From a virus, in the IMG/VR virus record IMGVR_UViG_3300029936_000055: DNA of 30,382 bases; one strand, 5' to 3'. Below the pieces are notes generated by a model. It searched no databases and had not been told where the DNA came from. It worked only from the letters and a program-made list of their open reading frames with translations. Below are positions 23,529 through 30,382 of this stretch, piece after piece. Made by a program: the position numbers and the translations under genes. How positions within the stretch are numbered: position 1 is the first letter of the stretch; the number at the start of each line of letters is the position of its first letter.

Positions 23529-25163
23529 ATGGCGAACGAGACCTACTCCGCCACGTCCGGCGCCGCAGGCCGCGCCGGCATCTGGTCCGCCATCGTCACG
23601 ATCGACGGCGTGGACCAGTCCGCGCGCGTTGTCGGCGACATCCGCGTCGAGATCGAGGAAGGCGCAGCGCGCATCGCGGAACTCACCATCCGGCCCGCTG
23701 CCGGGGCCACTTTCCAGATTGCCGATTGGGTCGGCAAGCCGATCACCATCGACGTCGCCGACATCGCCAGCGGATCACCGGCCAGCGTGCGCCGTCTGTT
23801 CACCGGCTTGATCGACACGCCGACGCTGGACCTCGACCTCAAGATCATCGACCTGGCCTGCACCGACAACTTGCAGGCGATCATCGATCAGATCGGCGCC
23901 GCAGCGATCGACGCCCTGACGCCGGACGCCTATCACTCGCCGGTCGTCTTCGACCCCGCCGCGACCGGCTGGGTGCGCCTGCAGGATCGGCTCTCGACCT
24001 GGCCCGCCACCGTCGAGCTCGATGCGGCCGGCGCCGCGCGCCTGTCTCTGTGGGGCGCAGCCGGATCGGCCGCAATGACCTTCACGGAATCGCATCTGCT
24101 CGACGGCTCGCTGTCCGTGTCGCTCTCCAGCCGGCACCAGATGGTCAACTCGATCACGATCGATTTCGCGTACCGCTTCCCGCGCGTCAAGGCGGAAGAA
24201 TACGGAATCGCCTACGACTACGTGAACCTCGGCAACCTCGCGCAGCATGTCATCGACGGAAACTGGTTCCTGCGCCGCGACGCAGCAGAAGCCGCGATCC
24301 GCGCCGCAGGCGGGACGATCCAGTCCATCACCTTCACGCCTTTGCCGAATACTGCGATTGGTCCATGGGTGCCGAACCCAACCGTTGACGACCAGCTATG
24401 CATGGGATTCTCCGCGTCCGTCAGCTTTGACTATGCGCAGCAGGTCGTCGAAAATCACACCATTACCGTCGAGACGGATGGCAGCATCGCCGCCATTGGC
24501 ACGCTGGAAGAGACGCTATCCGGGGCTCTTGAAGGCGTCTATCCACCGATCCAGTCCGCTGAACAGGCGATCCTGCTCTACGCAAACGACGTATCCGGAA
24601 TCCCGCCGCTCGACACCGCCACTCCGCTGCTCGGCTACACCACCGCGGCCGACGTCACACTGACCGCCGACACCGACCGCGCCGCCGCCAACGGCGCCAT
24701 GGAAACGCTGATTCAAGTCGCGAAGACGCGCATCTGGGCTGCGCATCGACGCAACCGCTTGACGGCCAGCGTGCCGCTGAATCCAGCACTCGACGTCGAC
24801 CAGACCGTCGACGTCTTCACGACGAACGTCAGCGCCCATGGCAAGGTCGCGCGCGTCTCGCATGTGCTGTCCCCCGCCAACGGCCAGGCCGTCACCGAGT
24901 TTTCGCTCGCCATCTGCAGTGTCGCCGGCACGGGCGTTTCACACCCGGAAACGCCGACCGCACCGCCGGCCGCCAGTTCTCCCGGATCATCCGCGCTCAC
25001 GCTGACCCCGACCGCGGACTTCAACTTCGGCCCGACGGAAGACCACAGAATCACCGTCACTTTCCCGGGCGTCGAGGACATCGAGCGCGACTTGGCAACG
25101 ATCGCCATCGCCACCGCCTTCGACGCCACGATCCCCGAAGACATGCTGCTGATCACCCTATGA
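23529..25163 (+). CDS. Tail tip/hub protein (544 aa)
   Basis: Called from position and size. No domain recognised. Confidence 0.5.
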   Translation: MANETYSATSGAAGRAGIWSAIVTIDGVDQSARVVGDIRVEIEEGAARIAELTIRPAAGATFQIADWVGKPITIDVADIASGSPASVRRLFTGLIDTPTLDLDLKIIDLACTDNLQAIIDQIGAAAIDALTPDAYHSPVVFDPAATGWVRLQDRLSTWPATVELDAAGAARLSLWGAAGSAAMTFTESHLLDGSLSVSLSSRHQMVNSITIDFAYRFPRVKAEEYGIAYDYVNLGNLAQHVIDGNWFLRRDAAEAAIRAAGGTIQSITFTPLPNTAIGPWVPNPTVDDQLCMGFSASVSFDYAQQVVENHTITVETDGSIAAIGTLEETLSGALEGVYPPIQSAEQAILLYANDVSGIPPLDTATPLLGYTTAADVTLTADTDRAAANGAMETLIQVAKTRIWAAHRRNRLTASVPLNPALDVDQTVDVFTTNVSAHGKVARVSHVLSPANGQAVTEFSLAICSVAGTGVSHPETPTAPPAASSPGSSALTLTPTADFNFGPTEDHRITVTFPGVEDIERDLATIAIATAFDATIPEDMLLITL

Positions 25164-25330
25164 CCGCCAACGACCGCGCCAGCCCGCAGAACCTCGTCGA
25201 CACGCTCGGACGGCTCGAACAAGGCGCCGGAACGACGACGCTGCAGCGCAAGCGCCTGCCGCAGCAGCCCGTATTGCCGTCGATCGGCCAGCGCACCGGC
25301 AGTGCGCTGTCGCAGGCGCCATCCTCCTGA
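25160..25330 (+). CDS. Small tail-module protein (56 aa), absent from the ORF track
   Basis: Coupled at both ends (ATGA and TGATG). Very high GC3. Confidence 0.5.
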   Translation: MTANDRASPQNLVDTLGRLEQGAGTTTLQRKRLPQQPVLPSIGQRTGSALSQAPSS

Positions 25331-27402
25331 TGGACGGCGGCAACCTCGTCCGCTCCCGCCGCAGCCTGGCAATCGGCACCGGCACGACGACGCGCCGGAA
25401 CCGCGTCCTGCCGGCTGCATCGGTGCTTTCCCAGATCCCGCAGCGGGTCGGCAGCTTCCAACAACAGGACAACAGCACCACCGCACCCGCTGAACCACCA
25501 TGCCTCGGCTCGGATTTCTGGACGTACACCGCTGGCTACCCGTGGCACGATCACGCCTGGCACACCGACCCGGACACGCTCGTTTCATCCGATGGCATCA
25601 TGCGGCTCGAGCGCACGGCGATCAAACGGATGTCGGTTGTCGGCCTCAAGCCATCGCTGTCGACCGATCCCATCCACCTCTGTTTCGCCTCGCCGACCGT
25701 CGCATCGCAAGACCAGGCTGGAGCCGGGGCGAACGACATCATGTTCCGCGAGACATCCTATTCCGCGCGGCAGTGGCACCCCGCGCAGACCATTTCCGTC
25801 TTGCCGCTCAACGTGCTCGGCGCTGCGCAGCGCCTGAAGTCGATCACGTGGCGACAGGGCGGCACGACCTACACCTTCGCCTGGTCGTTCAAGACCGACA
25901 CCGACGCCGCCGAACCGACGACGGCGACGCCGACCTGCATGAACCGACCGAGCCGCGAGACCAGCACGGCCGACCGGCTCTTTGCCAATGACGGCACGAC
26001 GCAGCCGAGAAAGCGCGTCAAGCAGTTCCAGCTCGTCAACCGCGAAGGTCGCGGCTATCTCGAGGTGCGCGACGTGCCGTGGGGATTCATGCCCGCCACC
26101 AGGCGCGCCGACGTCGCGCTGCTGGTCAACGCCGCCTGGGCGAGCGAATCGAATCACGGCAACGTCACCGACCTATCGCGCCTGCTCTCGATCGGCCAGG
26201 GCTATCACGGGCTGTGCGCTCCGGGCTCGATCAAGGACCTGTCCGGCAACAACCTCGCCAAGCCCATCAGCATGGGCTCCCCCCGCTATGGCAACACGCG
26301 CTACTTTCGCAACCCGCAGGCGCCCGGAACGCCTGCCGCCGGCTTGCTGCCGCCGGACTACGCCACCGCCGGCTACGAGTTCCGCGAAGATGCCGTGCTC
26401 GGATCGGGTCTCGACTACGCCCCCGGCGCGCCGATTCTGCCAACTGTGACCGCCTGGCTGCACGTCGATGCGGCGGGCGTCGTCAGCGTGCTCGACCTGG
26501 TCATGATCAACGACACGGCCGCGACCACCACCTGGCAGGTCGTCCGGTACGATCAACCGCCCGGCAGCCAGCAGTACCTGACCTACACGACCCTCGGCAG
26601 CTTCGACCTCACCACCACGGATGCCTATCTGCTCGGGCTGCCGGAGACCGAGTATTACCCGCGCACGCGCACGGGCACATACGATTTGCAGCTCTCGACG
26701 ACGTCTGTCGATCTCCGGCCGATGATGCCGCCCGGCAAGGAGCTGACGTTCAACGTCCACCTGCAGAAGTACTTGCAGGTCGAATCATCCTCGGATGGCC
26801 GCTCGATCGCCGTCATGCGCGGCTGGTACGAAGGGCTCAACAGCAGCTACTACGGCGACGGCGACAATCGCGGGGTCATCGCGACCGTCGCCGTCGTCAA
26901 TATCTCTCCGACCGGGGCGGTCGGCGCGCCGACGGTGGTCTGGCAGTATCAGCATCAGTACAACCCGACCGGCGGATACACACAAAGCAAGTGCCACGGG
27001 TTTGCTTTCCTGGACACCGGCGTGCTGCACCTGTGGACGTCTACCAAGGTCGTCGGATGGTATCCGCCGGATGACCCCTACGGCCGCACCGGGCACTCCT
27101 ACGGCATCGGCGATCTGGCGTTTTCCGGACCGTCGCTGGTCAATGCGGCCGATTTATGGTTTGGGCAGGACTCCGTCTACCGCATCACCAACAACGTTCT
27201 GATGGCCATCTGGGGCTACGCCGGCGTCGACATCGGTTTTGGTCGCCCGACCGTCTACCTGCCGGAATTCTCGACCCCGAAAGCCGCGTACGACTACTAT
27301 GCGACGATGGAGCCCGGCACATCGACGGGGCGTTATGCAACCTGGAACCCGAAGACCTGGCAGTTTGCCGCGCGTAAGTCGGGTCCCATCACCTGGGTTT
27401 GA
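25330..27402 (+). CDS. Large terminal tail protein, probable host-specificity/receptor-binding protein (690 aa)
   Basis: Last large gene of the tail module. Trp/Tyr/Gly/Thr-rich. No recognisable domain. Confidence 0.5.
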   Translation: MDGGNLVRSRRSLAIGTGTTTRRNRVLPAASVLSQIPQRVGSFQQQDNSTTAPAEPPCLGSDFWTYTAGYPWHDHAWHTDPDTLVSSDGIMRLERTAIKRMSVVGLKPSLSTDPIHLCFASPTVASQDQAGAGANDIMFRETSYSARQWHPAQTISVLPLNVLGAAQRLKSITWRQGGTTYTFAWSFKTDTDAAEPTTATPTCMNRPSRETSTADRLFANDGTTQPRKRVKQFQLVNREGRGYLEVRDVPWGFMPATRRADVALLVNAAWASESNHGNVTDLSRLLSIGQGYHGLCAPGSIKDLSGNNLAKPISMGSPRYGNTRYFRNPQAPGTPAAGLLPPDYATAGYEFREDAVLGSGLDYAPGAPILPTVTAWLHVDAAGVVSVLDLVMINDTAATTTWQVVRYDQPPGSQQYLTYTTLGSFDLTTTDAYLLGLPETEYYPRTRTGTYDLQLSTTSVDLRPMMPPGKELTFNVHLQKYLQVESSSDGRSIAVMRGWYEGLNSSYYGDGDNRGVIATVAVVNISPTGAVGAPTVVWQYQHQYNPTGGYTQSKCHGFAFLDTGVLHLWTSTKVVGWYPPDDPYGRTGHSYGIGDLAFSGPSLVNAADLWFGQDSVYRITNNVLMAIWGYAGVDIGFGRPTVYLPEFSTPKAAYDYYATMEPGTSTGRYATWNPKTWQFAARKSGPITWV

Positions 27403-27407
27403 TCATC

Positions 27408-27677
27408 ATGCACTCTCGCCTGTCGCCATCCAGCAGCGCGCGCGATCGCCATCTCGAGCCATCGGAAAAGCTGGACTACGAAATCCTCGTGCTCGCCAGC
27501 AAGGGCTATCTGCTCCTGATGCGCCGTTTGATGTTGCGCGCGCGCGAGCACATCAACCGCGCCGCGCTCGAGGCGCGGATCAACGATTTGCCGATCGACC
27601 AGAAAGGCGAGGCGCTGATCCGCGACATCGATCCCGCACTGTCACAGGAGCACCTCCATGTCACCGCTCGGGATTGA
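27408..27677 (+). CDS. Hypothetical protein (89 aa)
   Basis: ATG 27408; the track start at 27399 is TTG. It overlaps the next gene by 20 nt. Confidence 0.45.
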   Translation: MHSRLSPSSSARDRHLEPSEKLDYEILVLASKGYLLLMRRLMLRAREHINRAALEARINDLPIDQKGEALIRDIDPALSQEHLHVTARD

Positions 27678-28026
27678 GCTGCTGTCGCTGTTCTGGCCTG
27701 GAATCTCCGCCGCGCTGCTCGGCGGTGCCGCATACGTCTGGCGCCAGCAGGCCGCGCATCTGAACGGAATCAGCAAGGCGCTCGAGCAAATCCGAAGCGA
27801 CGTCGACCGAATCGAACGCGACTTTGCGGACCATCGCGTCGCCGTGACGCACAAGCTGGATCGCGTGATCGGGATGACGCATGCCCGGCTCGTGGGGATT
27901 GAAACCGTATGCGAGCAGCAGCACGGCGTTAACTTTCGCCGCCGGCATACCGACCACGGCAACAACTGGGCGCACGACTCAGACATCATGGGGCCAGTGG
28001 CCAACAGCAATCCCGGCCAGCAATGA
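27658..28026 (+). CDS. Membrane-anchored coiled-coil protein (122 aa); holin or i-spanin-like candidate
   Basis: AGGAG SD. N-terminal TM segment LLSLFWPGISAALLGGAAYVW, followed by a helical charged region. Confidence 0.5.
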   Translation: MSPLGIELLSLFWPGISAALLGGAAYVWRQQAAHLNGISKALEQIRSDVDRIERDFADHRVAVTHKLDRVIGMTHARLVGIETVCEQQHGVNFRRRHTDHGNNWAHDSDIMGPVANSNPGQQ

Positions 28027-28109
28027 ACCCCGGGCCGCGCGTAGCTCACACTTGAGGTACGCGGCGCAGCGGGAAACTACGTCAAGCGGCCCGGCCCTAT
28101 GCTATGCTG

Positions 28110-28139
28110 CGCACCATGCCAGCGTGCTGTGCGGTTTTT
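28110..28139 (+). terminator. Weak terminator candidate for the late operon
   Basis: 5-bp stem CGCAC/GTGCG with a 14-nt loop, then G and TTTTT. Confidence 0.3.
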
Positions 28140-28140
28140 G

Positions 28141-28304
28141 TGCGACATAGCGGACATTTCGTGCAACATTCTGTCATCTTCTGTCGCAATGAACCAACAA
28201 GAAAAGCTTTTAAGTCGTTGAAAACAAATGGCGCCCGGGTGGTGGAATTGGTAGACACAAGGGACTTAAAATCCCCGTAGGTGCTTTACAAATCAATCAC
28301 TTGG
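28141..28304. other. Putative attP region
   Basis: Lower-GC noncoding DNA beside the 3' end of int. It holds the tRNA-identical core, a TTCTGTC direct repeat (28169 and 28179), GCGACAT/GCGGACAT/TGCAACAT repeats, and an IHF-consensus match AATCAATCACTTG (28292..28304). Confidence 0.55.
28233..28275 (+). pseudogene. Truncated tRNA-Leu(UAA): 5' acceptor strand, D-arm and anticodon stem-loop only (attP core candidate)
   Basis: GCCCGGGTGGTGGAATTGGTAGACACAAGGGACTTAAAATCCC is near-identical to bacterial tRNA-Leu(UAA) positions 1-43. There is no variable arm, T-arm or 3' acceptor strand downstream. Confidence 0.8.
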
Positions 28305-29264
28305 CGGATCCTGTGCAGATTTTGTGCGGGCGTGCATCGCGGCTACCGCCTCAGCGCCGCGTTTCAACTCGCCGGGCATCAGATGCAGATAGCGGTTTGT
28401 GACCGTCACGTTGGCGTGGCCGAGAAGGTCGCGAACGGTGGCCAGGCTGTTCCCGGCCGACAGCCACCACGACGCCGCCGTGTGCCGCAGATCGTGGAAT
28501 CGCACATCTGGCAGACCAGCGGCGATCCGCGCGCGCTCGAAATCATGGCGCAGTTGGTTGTATGTGATGCCGAGCGGCAGCGATAGATCGGGAAGGTCCG
28601 GCGGCACGGGAACAAGCCGCGGCCGGCCGCTTTTCGCGTCTTCTGCGGCGACCTCGATGCAGCCGTCGCGGATGGTCGATGCGCGCAAAACCTCCTGCTC
28701 CCGCAGTCCTGTGCGGGCAGCGAGCCGGATGGCCAGGGCGCACAGCGGATTGCTGCAGGATTCCGCCAGCCGCTCGACCTCTGGCATATTCAGGTAGACG
28801 TGCCGGGTCCGCTCTCCGGGAAGCAGCTTGATCCGCTTGCCGACTGAATCGTTGATCCATCCCCATTCGTGCGCGAGATTCGCGACTCGACGGACGATTG
28901 CGAGCCGGCGATTGATGGTGGCAGCGGACAAGCCCGCGGCGATTCCGGCCGTTCGGATGCGGTGCGCGACCTCGACGATTTCGGCCAGAGGTGTGTCTTT
29001 GCTGTGCGCGAGCACGGCGCGCACTTTGCTCTCCAGAGAAGCCGCGCCTTTCAGCCTGTGCGCGTACTCGTCCAGCCAGCGGGCGATGGCGTCGTCGACG
29101 GTTCGTGACTCGGGCTTGTTGCGGGCTGTCGCTTCAACTCGCCGCTGCGCTTCGAGTCGGATCGCCTCAGATTTTCCAGCGCCCGCTCCAGCCGATCCCG
29201 AGTACTGCCGGCCGCCGAGCTGGAAGCGGTAGTGCCAGCGGTCCCCGCGCCTGTAGACGGCCAT
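28293..29264 (-). CDS. int: Tyrosine integrase (323 aa)
   Basis: N-terminus RRGDRWHYRF. Catalytic motifs HDLRHTAASWW and LLGHANVTVTNRYLH. Confidence 0.9.
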   Translation of the reverse strand: MAVYRRGDRWHYRFQLGGRQYSGSAGAGAGKSEAIRLEAQRRVEATARNKPESRTVDDAIARWLDEYAHRLKGAASLESKVRAVLAHSKDTPLAEIVEVAHRIRTAGIAAGLSAATINRRLAIVRRVANLAHEWGWINDSVGKRIKLLPGERTRHVYLNMPEVERLAESCSNPLCALAIRLAARTGLREQEVLRASTIRDGCIEVAAEDAKSGRPRLVPVPPDLPDLSLPLGITYNQLRHDFERARIAAGLPDVRFHDLRHTAASWWLSAGNSLATVRDLLGHANVTVTNRYLHLMPGELKRGAEAVAAMHARTKSAQDPPSD

Positions 29265-29437
29265 TGTTCGATCCTCCTCGCTCGAGCAATGTACGCCTCA
29301 AGGTCCGGTTCGGCAATCCGCACAGCGCCACGGATGCGGATTGTTGCCAGTGCTCCTCTGGCGATCTCTCGGGCGAGCGTGCGCGTGGACACGCCGAGGT
29401 GATCGGCAGCCGCTAGAAGTGTCAGCAAGTGGGGCAT
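29051..29437 (-). CDS. xis: Excisionase-type (MerR-like) HTH protein. The ORF continues 214 nt into int (128 aa as read).
   Basis: LLTLLAAADHLGVSTRTLAREIARGALATIRIRGAVRIAEPDLEAYI. The HTH domain ends near the int start, and the tail is low-complexity. Confidence 0.65.
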   Translation of the reverse strand: MPHLLTLLAAADHLGVSTRTLAREIARGALATIRIRGAVRIAEPDLEAYIARARRIEQWPSTGAGTAGTTASSSAAGSTRDRLERALENLRRSDSKRSGELKRQPATSPSHEPSTTPSPAGWTSTRTG

Positions 29438-29485
29438 TTGTCTGCTTGGTCGTGGGTTGACACCGCTTTTGGTGTCTACTGCGCG

Positions 29486-29614
29486 TTAGGTTTCGTTCTC
29501 ACGCTCCCGCGCCTTTTCGATGCGGTCGCAAACCCAATCGGCGGATTTCCCACCACTGATGCGGGCCAACTTCTCCCGCAAGCGCACCGGCAGGCGAACC
29601 GTGAGCGTCGTCAT
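29486..29614 (-). CDS. Ribbon-helix-helix (CopG/Arc-like) protein (42 aa)
   Basis: MTTLTVRLPVRLREKLARISGGKSADWVCDRIEKARERENET has the beta-alpha-alpha pattern. The track ORF's N-terminal extension is rejected. Confidence 0.55.
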   Translation of the reverse strand: MTTLTVRLPVRLREKLARISGGKSADWVCDRIEKARERENET

Positions 29615-29667
29615 GGGCTCGCCTGGGTACTTCGGCGGCCGGTGCGGCGGCCGCTTCTTCAAGCCGG

Positions 29668-30099
29668 TCACGCCCGGCCTCCGAGCAATTCCCGCTGGTA
29701 GGCGAGATTCGCTCCGTCCATCTGGACGGAAGCGCCCGCCAACTCCGGCTCGTCGCCGAAGTGAATTCGGTGCTGCCCCCAACTATTGGGGGCAATGTGC
29801 GGGTCGCTCGGACGCCGCTTGGTTGCCACCCTCGCGGCCTGGCGCAGCCCTTCCCGCGTGTGAGGGATGGGCATCTCTACTCCGGGGAACATCTCCCCCC
29901 ATTGGTCGCCTGTCTCACGCTGGTTGCCCAGCTTGAAACACAGGCGCAGGTCGGCTACCGCCATGAAGGCGGCTATCTCCGCGTCGGTGGCGTCGAGGCT
30001 AACCGACGCCACAACTTTTTCCTGCCCGGCGTAGGCGTGGCAACCGGCATCGGTCTGGCCGAACGTTCCGTTGGGGCTGCTGATGAAGTAGGCTTTCAT
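29668..30099 (-). CDS. Hypothetical protein (143 aa) driven by a strong promoter
   Basis: AAGGAG lies 6 nt upstream of ATG 30099. GC3 is consistent with coding. No domain recognised. Confidence 0.6.
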   Translation of the reverse strand: MKAYFISSPNGTFGQTDAGCHAYAGQEKVVASVSLDATDAEIAAFMAVADLRLCFKLGNQRETGDQWGEMFPGVEMPIPHTREGLRQAARVATKRRPSDPHIAPNSWGQHRIHFGDEPELAGASVQMDGANLAYQRELLGGRA

Positions 30100-30157
30100 G
30101 ACTCGCTCCTTTTGTTGTCTTTTGTTGTTGCTCGGCACCGCGCCTCGCATGGTTAGT

Positions 30158-30186
30158 AATGTAGTGCATTAGTCTGAGCGTGTCAA
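30158..30186 (-). promoter_or_regulatory. Sigma70-type promoter: TTGACA-N17-TACATT
   Basis: Minus-strand -35 at 30186..30181 and -10 at 30163..30158, in a lower-GC leader. Confidence 0.6.
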
Positions 30187-30224
30187 GCACTTTCGCACAA
30201 CAAAACCTAACTATCGTTTCCAGC

Positions 30225-30247
30225 GGGACGGGCCTCCGGCCCGCCCC
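30225..30247 (-). terminator. GC-rich hairpin (10-bp stem, one mismatch, 3-nt loop) after the early-left operon
   Basis: GGGACGGGCC-TCC-GGCCCGCCCC, 12 nt downstream of the TAA at 30259. There is no adjacent U-tract. Confidence 0.4.
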
Positions 30248-30258
30248 TGAAACTGGCG

Positions 30259-30382
30259 TTATGCCGCACGGGTCGCGGCGATCAGGAAATCCCATGCGTG
30301 CTTCGGGTTCCCGGTTTCTGCAACTCCGGCAATTGCTGCCCGTCCCAGTACGTCATGCGGTAGTTCAGCCGGGACAACCGCA
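30259..30382 (-). CDS. C-terminal part of the 86-aa wrap-around gene (same gene as 1..251)
   Basis: See the feature at 1..251. Confidence 0.55.
   Translation of the reverse strand, partial: AVVPAELPHDVLGRAAIAGVAETGNPKHAWDFLIAATRAA
30269..30382. repeat. Terminal direct repeat, copy 2
   Basis: Identical to 1..114. Confidence 0.95.

Larger units (their letters stand above)
1..30382. mobile_element. Complete temperate tailed-phage genome, circularly closed (30,268 bp unique plus 114-bp overlap)
   Basis: Identical ends. Full set of integration, immunity, replication, packaging, head and tail genes in modular order. Confidence 0.8.

Noticed and set aside
28233-28330. A complete tRNA-Leu gene.
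   Set aside because: Only the 5' 43 nt match. No variable arm, T-arm or complementary 3' acceptor strand (CCCGGGC) follows.
29456-29461. A plus-strand TTGACACCG that matches the PL -35 context, as a possible antisense promoter.
   Set aside because: No acceptable -10 lies 16-19 nt downstream. The sequence is better explained as one arm of the GACACC/GGTGTC hairpin between the RHH gene and xis.
29499-29936. Track ORFs 29499..29795 (-) and 29520..29936 (+), which overlap the RHH and 143-aa genes.
   Set aside because: The translations are low-complexity. The competing frames have SD sequences and recognisable RHH features.
1-30382. A diversity-generating retroelement, a retron, or another reverse-transcriptase-based system near the tail-fibre genes.
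   Set aside because: No reverse-transcriptase motifs (for example YxDD) appear in any supported ORF. I also noticed no template/variable repeat pair around 25330..27402.

Overview
The window is one complete temperate siphovirus-like phage genome. Bases 1..114 are identical to 30269..30382, so it closes into a circle with 30,268 bp of unique sequence. It is high-GC with a few lower-GC islands. All product calls come from reading motifs in the ORF translations; no database search was run.

Gene layout:
- Minus-strand early-left operon (about 2441 down to 1, wrapping to 30259): small hypothetical proteins, a winged-helix protein and a DUF551 protein.
- Lambda/186-like immunity region: CI-like HTH repressor plus a membrane protein, then a terminator and a PL-like promoter. 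A divergent Cro/YdaS-like gene is followed by a CII (CP76)-like gene and a TraR-like zinc finger.
- P4-alpha-like Toprim primase / SF3 helicase, flanked by two iteron-like repeat clusters.
- Lambda-type packaging and head module: Nu1-like HTH protein, four unknown coupled genes, GpA-type large terminase with an N-terminal extension, Mor-like activator, gpW-like protein, lambda-family portal, ClpP/S49 protease fused to major capsid, and a DUF2190 protein.
- Tail module: tube, chaperone with a -1 frameshift at T_TTT_TTT, tape measure and tip proteins.
- Integration module: tyrosine integrase, excisionase, and an attP-like region carrying the 5' 43 nt of a tRNA-Leu(UAA).

Observations most worth follow-up:
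1. A reverse-oriented, lower-GC, self-promoted cassette (79-aa acidic protein plus 62-aa HTH, with an operator palindrome in the promoter spacer) that looks like an acr-aca anti-defence operon.
2. A strongly promoted 143-aa plus ribbon-helix-helix module next to xis/int.
3. A fibre-like protein with a CE4 polysaccharide-deacetylase-like domain, encoded in the neck module.
4. Convergent CGCACGC/GCGTGCG heptamer arrays between the replication and packaging genes.
5. An attP that carries the 5' half of the tRNA rather than the usual 3' half.
6. No recognisable endolysin or holin.
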